Source of the DNA: Saccostrea cucullata
Taxonomy: Eukaryota
DNA length: 64,000 nt
Assembly: GCF_032062105.1 (NCBI RefSeq)
Contig: NW_026921836.1
Span: 1 to 64,000 of the forward strand
Direction: 5' to 3'
Shown: one piece after another, positions 11,636 through 23,637 of the stretch
How the letters are laid out: each line of letters opens with the position of its first letter
Position numbering within the stretch: the first letter of the stretch is position 1
Notes under the pieces: model-generated
The model's input: the letters and a program-made list of their open reading frames with translations, nothing else
Told to the model about the DNA's origin: nothing
The model's database searches: none
Position numbers and translations under genes: made by a program

Positions 11636-12862
11636 CTATCTGAAACCCCTTGCAGTGCCCTGCGATGGAGCGTGGCTCTGGTTATTATTTGCGTTCATAT
11701 CATAATCCATAGGATCGTTCGTGTCCCAATCTTTTTCCTCTGCGTACATGTAGCTATGATTGTCCGGGTCATACTGCCGACCGTTCACAATTAACTTATC
11801 GCGCACAAGTTTGACATGCGCCCCCTCGCCACGTAGTTGGCGCATGATTGGTATGAGCTCCCGTCGACGTTTTTCCATGGTCACTGGATATTGTCTATGT
11901 ACTCCAAAGGATGTTCCCCGTAGCCAACTTGATCGTTCCAATACCATATCCAGATCTTCTTGATACAGGAGGCGAGCAACAATTGGTCGGGGTTTCCCTT
12001 TAGTGAAGCGTCCGAAGCGATGGACGTTACTGAATTCTACGTGATGCGTAACCTCCAGCTCGTTGTAAAGAAATTGACGCAGCTTTTCCTGTGTATTTTC
12101 ATTCTTTCTCTCTCCTCCCAAACCACTAAATACCAAGTTCATTTTCATGGACCTAAACTGTAAATCTGTTATTGTTTCTTGCATTTGAATTTTATCTCGT
12201 CTTAAGTGGTCCATATTTTTTGCCATGCCTTCTATCATCTTTGAATGTCTTGAAAGCTCAGTGTCAGCATTCTTGATCTTGCTTTGGGCTGTTCGTACCT
12301 GGCCTTGGACGGTTTCTGTATCGAGCTTTGTTTGTTGGGTAATTTGTTTTACAGAGGACATCGCAACTGTCATTTCTGTGACATTTTTTTTACTAGTTTC
12401 AAAAGTCTGATTCATAAATTCCATCGCCTTTTCAACTTCGGTTATTCTTTTATCCGCTAAGCAGACTGTATTTTTAACTGTTCTTAATTCCGTTTCAAAC
12501 TGGCTTAGTTTCATTTCAATAATGTCCAGTTTTTGTAATTTCCGATTCATTTCATTAACTGTCTGGGTAAGTAAGTCAATTCTACCACAAAGGGACTCAT
12601 TTAATTTGTTGATTGGTGAAAGAATTTCCATTCCCACAAAGGTTGCCTGAGGGCCTTGGGGACCTTCGGAAATCATTGTCGCCCCATTCAACCCGTTTTC
12701 TCTGTCTTTCGTGGTCGATACAGGCGTCGAGCTCATGCGTGGAGCTGAGAAGTCTTCACTCTGAGTATTCTTTACTGGTATTTTACTATAACTTTCACCA
12801 CTGATATTTGGATTGTCATTTTTTCTCTTTGGATTTCTCTTTTGAGTTTCACTTGCCATCAT
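11636..12862 (-). CDS. LINE ORF1 protein (coiled coil plus RRM/CTD-like region)
   Basis: 408-aa ORF with a long heptad region, then RSMKMNLVFSGL, VHRFG, PRPIVARL and KLVRDKLIVNG, typical of this ORF1 type. Confidence 0.88.
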   Translation of the reverse strand: MMASETQKRNPKRKNDNPNISGESYSKIPVKNTQSEDFSAPRMSSTPVSTTKDRENGLNGATMISEGPQGPQATFVGMEILSPINKLNESLCGRIDLLTQTVNEMNRKLQKLDIIEMKLSQFETELRTVKNTVCLADKRITEVEKAMEFMNQTFETSKKNVTEMTVAMSSVKQITQQTKLDTETVQGQVRTAQSKIKNADTELSRHSKMIEGMAKNMDHLRRDKIQMQETITDLQFRSMKMNLVFSGLGGERKNENTQEKLRQFLYNELEVTHHVEFSNVHRFGRFTKGKPRPIVARLLYQEDLDMVLERSSWLRGTSFGVHRQYPVTMEKRRRELIPIMRQLRGEGAHVKLVRDKLIVNGRQYDPDNHSYMYAEEKDWDTNDPMDYDMNANNNQSHAPSQGTARGFR

Positions 12863-13669
12863 TAGGGATCATATTACACAAATGTACACATATACACAAT
12901 CACAAACAGAATATTTTATATTCCTAAGCAAAAAATCCAAAAAACTTACAGAGCACAAAATCCACCACCTTCTCATCCCGCGCATGCGCAGACGTGCCTA
13001 CCCTTCCGCTTTTGGCGTAATTCTTCCGCTTTTTAGCTCAAAATTACGCTATTACGCCACCTATATAAATTTTACGCTTTGGATATTTTGGTTAAAATTC
13101 CATCTAAAATTCCGTCTAAATTAAGGGTTAACGTACGAAATGCTGAAATGATAAAAGTAATTCAAAGAGGACAAGTTCGATAATGTACGTAATACAACCA
13201 GTTGTTACATGTAAACTGGTATGGCGAAGATTCGGAAGAAGACGAAAAGGCACTACTGATGTTAACTATTTAACGATGTTCAATTTAGTTTATTTTAACA
13301 TTGCTTAGAACAAAATACAGAGATGCGAGTGTTAAGAAGATAAAAAAGAATGTTATAATGTACAATTTGTTTTAACATTCAAATGCAAGCCTTCAATTAA
13401 GAGATTTGATACAAATTTATCAAATGCTCTATTAAGGGTGTACGGTTGATTTGAGTTTGATATAGGATACTGGAATTTTACCACACTTTTCTGCCACTGG
13501 ATGATTCGAAAAATTAAGATAAGTTTATACAAGCTTAGTTTAGTAATGTACAATTTCAGTTGTTTTGAAAAAAAAGGATTATAGTAAAAAAGAAAATACG
13601 AAAACATGATTGATTACGCTTTTACTTCTGAAATTCCACCAAAAAATGTACTGAAATTACACCCTTGCA

Positions 13670-14200
13670 ATGAAAAGGGTAGGCAGGTCTGCATGCGTAT
13701 TCGATCAATATCTCAGGATTTCCACTGCTCTTCCCTCCAACCCAAAGGACTTTAAGATGACAGAATTCCTTCTGCTAGAGACGTACGGCATGAACATCTC
13801 GGAGCAAACCAATCCATCCGACCAAGCTGTAGATGAGGTATCCAGAGACATCTTTAAACAGTTTCACCCGGTAATTCTGTCAGAAGTATTCCCGGCTTAA
13901 ACTGGTAATTGTATGGATCGTGCTGTCTCTTGGGCTATGACGGGATCAGAATCACATCATACCCACTTTCGATTATTGACCGCGATAGAGATACTGCAAA
14001 ATAAGTATTATTATGACCCTGATCATAAAAAATGTGTTGTCCTAGTAAATGACTATAGGATTGTTTGTTCTGCATACTCAGAAGCAACACGAGACACCGT
14101 CTCACTATACTCATTCTCTTCCATGACTCACATTTATGCCCTGAGTGCTGCTTTACGTCAGCCAATAAGATCTTACAATCCACCCCAACTGTCCGGAGAT
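13670..14200 (+). pseudogene. Vertnin-like OTU-fold protein fragment, probably transposon-borne
   Basis: In-frame stop at 13898-13900, then TGNCMDRAVSWAMTGSESHHTHFRLLTAIEILQNKYYYD...HIYALSAALRQPIRSY, resembling the vertnin-like GNCLxRAxS...LRL pattern. Confidence 0.6.
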
Positions 14201-14439
14201 GAGTTGTTGCCCTTGTTGGGTAGTACACACGGTTTGCACTGCTTCGCAAGATATGTAATTAATTCCGTGCAGCAGTGTGGTATGTGGTGATGGGTGAAAG
14301 TAAGAGTTGGAGACATCATTTTTGAGGGACGAATGAGTAAACTTTTCATGAAATTATTCCCTAGAGGCAATTTTTACTGGTTTTTTTTCCATCTTCCAAA
14401 GAATATCAAACACGAGTTTAGGAATTATACGAACAATCA

Positions 14440-14620
14440 AAGACAAAAATGATATGATGAAATATTTGGAGATAATGAACAGTATTCAATATCAAAGTCT
14501 ATAAAACAATACAAAATAGGGGCATAGGAATCACGGACCTCTGAAACATCAGAGGTAAGACCAGATGTCAGAGAGGAATAAGCATCCCTTGCCGACCGGT
14601 CACACCCAAACCATAAGACC
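14440..14620 (-). mobile_element. Penelope-like element 3' end fragment
   Basis: Reverse complement of the tail (GGGTGTGACCGGTC...CCTCTGATGTTTCAGAGGTCCGTG) seen at 24160, 26750 and 33830. Confidence 0.75.
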
Positions 14621-15017
14621 AACACAAAGAATAAATCAGTTACCATCGACCTTATATGAGTATTACGCCAATAAATTGTGAATAACGGAGACAAGAAACT
14701 GCACTGGGAATGACCTCAGCACCTATATGGCGTCAAGTCATGTGATCCAAACATGGCGGCACCAATAACTAAGGTTAGAGAATTGTGTATACTTGTTGAT
14801 CCTTTCTTGATTTCACATAGTTTTAAAGAAAAAATATTCTCGTGCGTCATGATAGGAAAAGTTGCACCAATCTTTGCAGAAATGAACATTGCATATATCG
14901 GGCATGGGCTCATTGAAAAATTTAATCAATTAATAATCGATGACGTAGAGGAATTTTGTGTTATCGATTAATATTTTTTTTTTCAGTCAGTTTTGTCTTG
15001 TAATCGATTACTTTAGA

Positions 15018-15978
15018 CCACAGGCTTTCGGATCGCTTGAAAAAAAAATTATGTGTGTAAAAAAAAGAAAAAGGTACTGAACTCTTACACCGGGCACCAA
15101 ATTGCGCTAATGAAATATTTTTACTCACATGCTCTAAAATTCTACTTTCTATTTAAATTTATTCATACATAAACATTCTTCATTTCTACCAAAGCCCATT
15201 CCGAAATTCCATATATTTCTCGAGATATTCTGAAATCAATTTAAAAAATAACCTACTTTCTTTTACTCGACATTAGCTTGGGCCCCTAGCCATTCACATG
15301 TAAACAGACGGTGTTTGAAGTGCGCCGATGAGTTGCATAGTATTTGCAAGATCTTTCAACATTTAGAAATTGATTTCTTACCATGGTTTGTAAGGTTAAG
15401 TCTGCATTAATTCCTTTCGCTAAAAATTAAGTTAAAAACGTCTGCATCAACAACTACACCACCAGTTGATTATGAATGTAAAAGAAGCTATGGTCGAACG
15501 ATTTTTTCCCGGAATGCAATATATACCTTTCGATTTTCAAAACAGTTAGACCGCTAAAATGTTGTTTGACTTAGTAAGATCATATGATCAAATTAGAGAA
15601 AATCCGTGTAAAGCTCGAATGCAAATGAGTAAATATTCATTGAGTTTAGAATAAACTCCGGGGAAAATTTGTCCCATCGTTCCTGCTTAAAAATTAGTGT
15701 AACCCTCCGAAGGCCCAAGTTGATGTCGAGTAAAAAAATTAAGGTCAATTTTGAATTTATTTCAGAATATCTCTAGAAGTAAAAAGAGTTACGGAATGAA
15801 ATTTGGTAGTAATGAAGATTGTTTATATTTGAATAAATATGGGTAAAAAGTAAAATTGTAAAGCATTTGGTTTAGAAGAATTTTATTGGCGAAAGTAGGT
15901 ACCTTATGAAAAGAGTTCCATACCTTTATTTTTTTCCAACACCTCAATTTTTGTTCTAAGCGATTTAAAGGCCTGTGG
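15018..15978. mobile_element. Foldback MITE with ~270-bp imperfect TIRs and 6-bp TSD
   Basis: Ends CCACAGG...CCTGTGG; TTTAGA at 15012-15017 and 15979-15984; arms 15018-15285 and 15712-15978 align as inverted repeats. Confidence 0.85.
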
Positions 15979-16987
15979 TTTAGACAACGTACATTGTAAT
16001 TGATTACTTTCAATTTCCTTCCACCCTCAAATACCAAAAAAGTACATATAATGTAGTAATGATGATAGCTTCTGAAGTGTGAATGTATTTACTCAGTGTT
16101 GGTTTGAACCTCCATATTTAATACCGGTAACTTCATTGCTGCAGAAATTATTTAATATTTTACTGTGATTTACACGCATTTGAACATTCTGCATGTTGGC
16201 AGTACGCATATACACAATCAGTGTTTTAATTTATTTAATAATTTTTTCGAAAAAAAAATAAATTACAGCTCTTAGCAATGAGCATGTAAACTCAATATAC
16301 CTTTAAGTATAACTAATATGACTAATAGCACACATTCTTTTGCTAGAATAATTGTTTTTAGATATATCAATGACTCTGTAAGATTTTTTGTCTACAGTGG
16401 AATTATTAATAATAAATTACTATTAAGGTCACATTTCACATCTCATTATCTGCAGTCAGGGATATCCCAACCAATTAGCCAAGATAAACACAGTGACACT
16501 TAATACCCCATCTCTTTTGAAATACAGACTCTCAATGAAAAAACAAGTAAGTTTTGAATGAAAACTTTGAAATGATTTTGCAAATTTAAAACACAAGCAG
16601 ATATGATAAAATATTTTTCTGTTACTTTGAGGGATATACATAAACTTTTATATTCACTTGTCCTTCGGGCAAGTGAACTACAATTTTGACTTGTCCGAAG
16701 GTAAAACTTGGTTGCCCAACTTTTTTTTAAAGAACATACAGTAACTGTACCTTATAAAGAGTGACATTTTGTAAATCTATGTAAACCACTTTCCTGTCAT
16801 TTAGTATCCTGAAAACACACACAGCAATGCAGGAATATTATTTTCTTGCGATTTATTTCTAAATTTAAATTTTCCCCCTAAAATTGAGGTCGCGCTGAAA
16901 GAAAAACAGTTGTCATGTTTTGAATTAGGATACATCAAGCACAGAGAATAACTGGTATTCTTTATCTTGTTTGTATTTTATATATAA

Positions 16988-17286
16988 TTGATTGATTGTA
17001 TGTTGTTCAACGTCCCTCTCGAGAATTTTTGTAGAGTCACGAAGTAAGGAGTCAATCTTCGAATCCCACTGTGGGACGTGGAGACCGGTCGTTGGGATGA
17101 GACTGTATAAACTGAGGTTCCGTGTCACAGTAGGTGCTGGCACGAGAATTATCCCTCCCTGTTCAATGGCCCTGAGTGCCGAGTCTAGGACAAAATTTGC
17201 AGCTCTCCACCGGCAAATGGTGGCGTCTCCATATGAGTAAAAATATCTCGAGAGGGACGTTAAACAATACAAAAACCAACCAATCA
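16988..17286 (+). mobile_element. tRNA-derived SINE (5' truncated) preceded by an inverted SINE tail
   Basis: Central GGATGAGAC...AAACTGAGG...GGCACG and the 3' tail match the SINE at 56967-57314; 16988-17030 is an inverted copy of the tail. Confidence 0.75.
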
Positions 17287-19280
17287 TTTTTTCTTTGGCC
17301 CAATGTGACTTGACTCATGCCTGGGATAGTTTTTTTTCATATAAGATTTATGCCATTCAACCAAAGCCGTAGATTGCGAAGCGACTTCACCGCCAGTTGT
17401 AGAAGCTGAATAAAAAATAAAGTTTGCCTATAGCTGGGCTACAGAAGTTGAACAAAATGAAAGAATAATGGAGGAAGAAACTTCGTTTCAAACTGGAAGG
17501 CAAGAAGTAAACAACAAAAATCTTAGGATCCGGTCCCACCATAGAGGGAAAGGGGACTATTAAACCTTAGGTTCCACCCCCACCATAGAAGGAAAAGGGA
17601 CTACGAAGTATCAGTCGCAGCGTGTTGTGCTAGAAATTGTTTGGATTGTTTGGTGTTAACATAAATAATTTAATTTATATAAATATAAAATATTTTTTTC
17701 TGGCAGGGAAAAGAAACAAACACTTCCTTAGTTTTCTTATCTATAATTAATCTTTGTGTACACTATTAATGACACAATTAAAGAAGATCTTCTGCAGTAG
17801 ATAGTATAGCCAGTTTAACGGCATGGATATCGCCGAAACTCCTGATTATTTTTCCTTAAAAAAATTATACCATATGTAATGGAGAATCCCATTTTAATTG
17901 TCTTGCCTTCGAAGAAGAAGTCGAATGACAAGTTTTAAATATAAGCTTATAACATTACATTTCATTCACAAAAAGCTCCAAGTGTAACAAAAAATCTGTG
18001 AGCCACCGCTCTGATGTGAAATGTATATTATTATAACAGTAACTTGAACCGAAGGGTCGTATTACATCGAGTTGATTCTGCAAAATTTAATAAATGACCA
18101 AAGTTGTCTTAGTCGTAAGTTCTTTTGGTTCTCTTTTCTTGAACAGCAAAGACATTACCAGTCATATGATGAAGAAACATCATCAGCTCGCCCTTTGTAT
18201 ATTGCATATAAATATTGATAATCGCTTTGATAGATCATTTCTTTTTGCTTGACATTTGAAGCGGTTATTTTCCTAACAAGTTGCTGTTCGACACATTTCG
18301 AAGAAAGTGTTATTATTCTAATTTTTATTTTAGAAAAAATATGGTCTTATTTCAAGGTAAGAATATTTATTTACGTTTTTTAGGTTAAGAAACGGATACA
18401 TTACGATTTCATCGGATGTAATTTTCCCTAAATTCTTAAATCTTTAAGAAAAAAATTAAGAGTAACCATCTGCCTTATCATAATAGCTTTTGTAAAATAT
18501 TTGAAGACAATGAAAATTTCCCCAGAAATTTAAAGTTAAACTAAGAGAAATACATTTTTGCACGAATTTTATTATTCCGAATGTTTAATGTTTTTTCGAG
18601 CATGAAATTTATCATAAATGAATATATTGAAGTTTCAATATAGTGCAGATGTATTAAAACAGTGATAAAGCAAAGGAATTTAAATCTTAAAAAAAAAAAT
18701 ACACATTCATACGCCTTTTAAAGCATTTCTAATCACCTTTCCTCAGTCGGTCCGTCCATCTGTAAACTTTCCATATTTTGTAATTTCTTCTAAAGAATAA
18801 CTTTGTTAACCAAACTTCGTACAAAGCATTCTTGCGTGAAAGAAAGTTGATTTTTTTGTGCAAATGAAGGCCCAAATCCCCTTAAAATGGGGAGATAATC
18901 AAGTAAACCGAAAGTGGGTTGGGGTCATTAAAAATCTTTTGTCAAAAACCTCTTGGTCAGAAAAGCTGAAACTTTATGTGTAAGAATCCTAAGGTAAAGT
19001 GGATTTTGAATAGTTTAAATCATGACCCCTTGGTTTCTTCTCACGATCCATTTGGCCAGAAAAGCTGTAACTGAAATGGAAGCATCCTGGGATATAGTGT
19101 AGATACTAATTTGTCCAAATTATGATTCTGAAGAAGGGCGGGACCACAATAGGGAATCCAACTTTAACATTAACATATTTAGGGAAAAAAACACTTTTAA
19201 AAATCAACGTCTCAAAAAGTCCCAAGTAATAGAGACAGGTTTAAGCAGGGTTGATATAGTTTGGAGCTATACACGAAATA

Positions 19281-19988
19281 CTGACACGGAAAAGAAACGC
19301 AACACCCTACTTTAGGGGGGAAATAGTTATGTAAACTAAAAAAAACTGTATCTTAAAATTATGGATATCTTCAATCGGTAATTTAACGGTTGAACGATTT
19401 TCTTACCATAACCGGAAGTCAAGTTTGAGTCTGCGTAACAGAAATCGAAAATTGCACGTTTCACAAAACAGCTGGCAATATTATGGAGTTTTAAGGGTTT
19501 GTACTGTTCATCTTAAGTAATGCAGCAATATTTCAAAATATAAAATCTCCTTTCGTTTCCCGTAACGACGTTAAAGCTTCTTGAAAATGGCTTAAGTGCG
19601 CATTTCCATTGCTCTAGCTGGAAAATCACAAAGTAAAGGCGATGGAGAGTTTATGATGCAAAAATACACTACATTACGTCTCAACAGGGTCTTACGTATT
19701 TTATTCGCTCAGATTTCGATATTGATTAACCTATTGTATCCTAGAAATTAAGCTGCTAATGTTGTTTAGGACAGTCTTGCACATTGTAATTGAGTGGCTG
19801 GGAGGGGGGTGTTTTAAAACTCATATGTTACTTAGTAAAGTTAAAAGATAAACATTTAACATTTTTATCAAATCTCTGATGTTCTGAAAAGTGAGTTTAG
19901 CCTTACTGTATTCTTTTTTTAAAAATCATTAGATAAAAAATTCAAACATTTGTAGATTACTGCTTGTTGCGTTTCTTTTGCGTGTCAG
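19281..19988. mobile_element. Tc1/mariner-type MITE
   Basis: TIRs CTGACACG(G/C)AAAAGAAACGCAACA at both ends, flanked by TA on each side. Confidence 0.85.
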
Positions 19989-20107
19989 TATATATATGTA
20001 CGCTGATATATGTACACTGTGTCTTTATCATCTGATTGAAAAAATGCTAGTATTTGATTTCCCATATTCTTACATTTTCAACAGTGAAATACTTTAATGT
20101 ATCAATA

Positions 20108-20900
20108 AACTAGAGTTACTATGAACAATAAGTTCTCTTAATGATACCCCAGCCTCCCATATGGCTATAATCGAAAAGTCAATGTTTTGTATTGGGAGAC
20201 CCGAAATAAGTGTCAGACCAAAAAGTAAAATAGGAGATGCACAATGACATTATATAACAAGCATTCTGAGAGTATTGCATAAGCAATACATGTCCCCTAC
20301 CGGGTTCCCCTTCTTCTTTAGGATGACACTTCATAATATGCAAAAGTTATGTCCAAGGAAAGACTGCTTGATTTTGAGGTTGTGAATGCCTTTAACATAA
20401 TAAAATAATCCACATTAAGACGAAAATTCAATTCATTTTTTCAACGTCTTTATCTAGCTTCATATTTATGTTGACATAGGAATTTAGCGCAGCACGAACC
20501 CGATCTTAAATGATTAAGAAAAATTAAAAATGACTTAATTTTGTTAAAAATCAATGAAGCGAAACGACATTCAAACTTGATCTGTAACTCATCATAATAC
20601 ATTCACATACCAAAATTCAGTTCAATATCTGCAAGCGTTAAGAAAAAAAGTGCGTAAAACCAAGTAGAACAGACGGACGGGCGGACAGAGGTAGAGGAAA
20701 CCTATAGTCCTCTCCGGTTTCAGCGTTAGGGGACTAATAAAGAATCTATGAGAATATCAGTAACTTTTATTCGGTGGAGGAGATGCGGATAAGAGATGGG
20801 TATCCTTCAATAATATAGAGATATTGGCCGTGTTCATGTTTTCTTCAGGGAAACCCAATGTACTTTTTCCATCAAAAAATAAAAAAGAAAATACATAATG
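20108..20900. mobile_element. Copy of the 3462-3800 family interrupted by a nested element (~20270-20740)
   Basis: 20108-20268 and 20740-20805 align consecutively to 3462-3690; the insert has a (GACG)n tract and an AGTCC...GGACT terminal hairpin. Confidence 0.6.
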
Positions 20901-21142
20901 ATGCTACATAACAATGATATTCATGTTTACAATGTATTAAATTTCGCGACACTAAAGTGAAAAAAGTTCCATATCGAACATTGAACATCCCCTACATATA
21001 ATGAAGATAATAACTACAAAAGCAAACGATAAAATGAAAGATTATATCTGTGCTTGTAAAGACATCCTTTTACTTTAGTATTTCTTTCTTTTTATCTTTA
21101 ACAGGAAATTTTAATAGACTACTATGCGCATGTGTCTACATA

Positions 21143-22372
21143 ATGGCACAATCAGTACAGGTGTGTCCTAATCCTCGAGGAACGGCGGTGAAGAAAGCTG
21201 AGCTGCTTGTCATGATAAATGTTACAGAGGTCTTTTCATCTAATTCATCATTTTCAACAGATGGAAATAACCAGTCGATGTCTGTTTTGAAACTCCGAAA
21301 TATATCGAATGACTTCAACATCAAAGAAAAACTTGACGATTGTTTAAAAAATGGTTCTCAGTTGCTTGAATGCATTCTCCTTTTGAACATTGAATTTGGT
21401 GTGGATGATCGATCACTGGGTGTTATGTTTAAAGATATGTGCTCATCGACCTCATCCGAAAACTTGATTGGCCAGGAAGATTTAAATCAATTCATGGGAT
21501 CGACTTCCGGAGAATTGACTTCCCATCATGATAAGAAGTTTGGCTTGCTTTTATATTTAGCTTCAACGATTTCCGGCATAGGAATCATTTGTAACTTATT
21601 AACTATTGTAGTAATTTTAGAGAGCAGTAAGCTTAGAAAACCATTTTACATGAGTATTTTGAGTTTAGCTGTTGCTGATATCATGTATCAGGTAAATTTT
21701 TTTGTCAAAGAATATTTCGAAAATCCATCAGATTTCTGTGAAATTTTATGGTTCAAAAACCTATTTGATTTAACGACGTATACAACGAAAATGTTTTCTT
21801 CTTTGAACGTCATGGTACTTTTAACACTGAGGTATGTATTGTTTGTCCATCCATTAAAATGCCGTGCATACCTCACGAATCGTAAAATATATATCGCGTC
21901 AGTTGTTTGTTTGATATTAAGTATTGTATACGGAGTTGTTATTGTAGAAGTTATGTGGTATCTCAAATTGCCTAATTTGTATTTCTTGTACATAGCTGAT
22001 GACGGACTCCTCCTCATTGTTATCGTCATCCTGAACATCTACTTCGTTGTCAATCGATGTAAAACGATGAAATCATCGCTAGCTGGCAGGAATCTCAAAA
22101 AGCGTATGATGTTAATGGTTTTGTTAATTCTTTTTCTGAGAACGGTCAATTCTTTATTTTCGATTGCTCAAAGTTTCTTCTCAGAAGGAATAGCGATGGA
22201 GGTTTCTTATGCTGAGAATTCGTATGAGGATTTCGATCATGGCATTATTATTATTCATGTAAGTAAAGTGTTAAAGGTTCTTGTTCACTCGGTCAATCCA
22301 TTCATTTACTTCTTTAGCTCTGCGCATGTGTTAAAAGTATTTTCATCTTGTTGCCGATGTCGAAATGAGTGA
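21143..22372 (+). CDS. Class A (rhodopsin-like) GPCR, single coding exon
   Basis: Seven hydrophobic segments; TM1 CN, TM2 SLAVAD, TM3 LRY..VHP, TM7 NPFIY. A splice acceptor ends at 21104 upstream of ATG 21143; AATAAA at 22591. Confidence 0.9.
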   Translation: MAQSVQVCPNPRGTAVKKAELLVMINVTEVFSSNSSFSTDGNNQSMSVLKLRNISNDFNIKEKLDDCLKNGSQLLECILLLNIEFGVDDRSLGVMFKDMCSSTSSENLIGQEDLNQFMGSTSGELTSHHDKKFGLLLYLASTISGIGIICNLLTIVVILESSKLRKPFYMSILSLAVADIMYQVNFFVKEYFENPSDFCEILWFKNLFDLTTYTTKMFSSLNVMVLLTLRYVLFVHPLKCRAYLTNRKIYIASVVCLILSIVYGVVIVEVMWYLKLPNLYFLYIADDGLLLIVIVILNIYFVVNRCKTMKSSLAGRNLKKRMMLMVLLILFLRTVNSLFSIAQSFFSEGIAMEVSYAENSYEDFDHGIIIIHVSKVLKVLVHSVNPFIYFFSSAHVLKVFSSCCRCRNE

Positions 22373-22621
22373 CGTCTAATGGAAGAATCCATTAATGTTG
22401 TACGCATAATTAAGGATTTGTATTATGATCAGTAACCATGCTAAAACTCCAATGAAGCAGTATTTATCAGAAGCAGAGACAAACATGTCGACATTTAACT
22501 GAGAAAAGACTTGGAGTCAAAATTTAGACTTACAATGATTTAAGTTCCAATATTTACATTTACTGATGTATTTTCTTACATATCAATGATAATAAAATTG
22601 AAATTCAATAATTATTATAAA

Positions 22622-23552
22622 CAAGTTTTAATTGTAACGGGGACCGTTACAGATGTTCCCCAAATGCTCCCCAACTCCCTTGTTGTGCCAATTTCCTTTA
22701 AAACTGTTTTAATATGCTCAGTATCGCAGGATTTTTATAAAAGAATAATTTAAAACATACAGTGATATCAACTTTTTGTAATTTAATGCATTGCACGCAA
22801 ACGCACGTGCATGCACACGCAAGGTGATCATGGCATGTTGTCTAAACCATTAACATATCTTTATATTCCAAGAATCAATAAAAAGTCATAAAAATATAAA
22901 TGTTATCGTTTTTCAAATATATTGTTCATTTTACGCATTGCGCGTGCGCAATTGCATGCAAGCACGTCCTTGCATTCAATTTTGATAGTAGTATCATGTA
23001 GGAATCCATTATACCTATTCGTATTCTAAATTTCATCCTGTTTTGTCGAGAAACAAGAAAGTTATAGGCATTAAAAGTTTCAGCCAGTCAGATTGCAGCA
23101 CACGTGAATTTACGTAATTTCTTTATAATTCTGATATATCATGCTGTAGATCTTCATAATGTATGACTATTTTCAAAATTTCAAAGGATTGTGACGTAAA
23201 GCAAGAAAGATATTGAGAATTTAGTTTCAGCCAATCAGAGCGAAGCGCACGTGCATGCGCGTAAGATCTTGCTTTTTTGACTATGTCATCATGTCTATAC
23301 TACTAATATATCCTCACATTATGAGTTTCAAAGCATTTCATCAAAAAATAAGAAAAAGTTACGGCTATATCTATTATATTGGTCATTTCAAGTGTAGCAC
23401 GTGTACGCTCTTGCAAGCACGTGAGCGCAAAATAACCTTGATTTCGCAAATCTACATAACATGTCTACTGACCCTAAAAAGATTTTACCTACATCGGATG
23501 AACATTGAACAAGATCACTCCCCAAAAAAAAGTACAAGAAAGAAGAAGAAAA
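22622..23552 (-). mobile_element. Helitron-type non-autonomous element, same family as 40950-43417
   Basis: Reverse-complement homolog including the TGTAACGG-n3-CCGTTACA subterminal hairpin and GCACGTGC-rich subunits. Confidence 0.75.
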
Positions 23553-23637
23553 ACTAGAAAGTCTACTATTGCAAGCAATAGCTTATGTCGCCCGGAACTG
23601 GACAAGACTTTCATTTTTTTTTCATCACAAAAACAGT

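Larger units (their letters stand above)
7974..12976 (-). mobile_element. Near full-length, young CR1/L2-group non-LTR retrotransposon
   Basis: Intact ORF1; ORF2 (APE, RT, C-terminal CCHC-like motif) broken by only two frameshifts; 3' AATAAA plus (TACAAA)n tail at 7974-7994. No TSD recognised; 5' end approximate. Confidence 0.92.

Noticed and set aside
21050-21142. GTG-initiated N-terminal extension of the GPCR
   Set aside because: The segment contains a polypyrimidine tract and AG acceptor ending at 21104; ATG 21143 is the likelier start.
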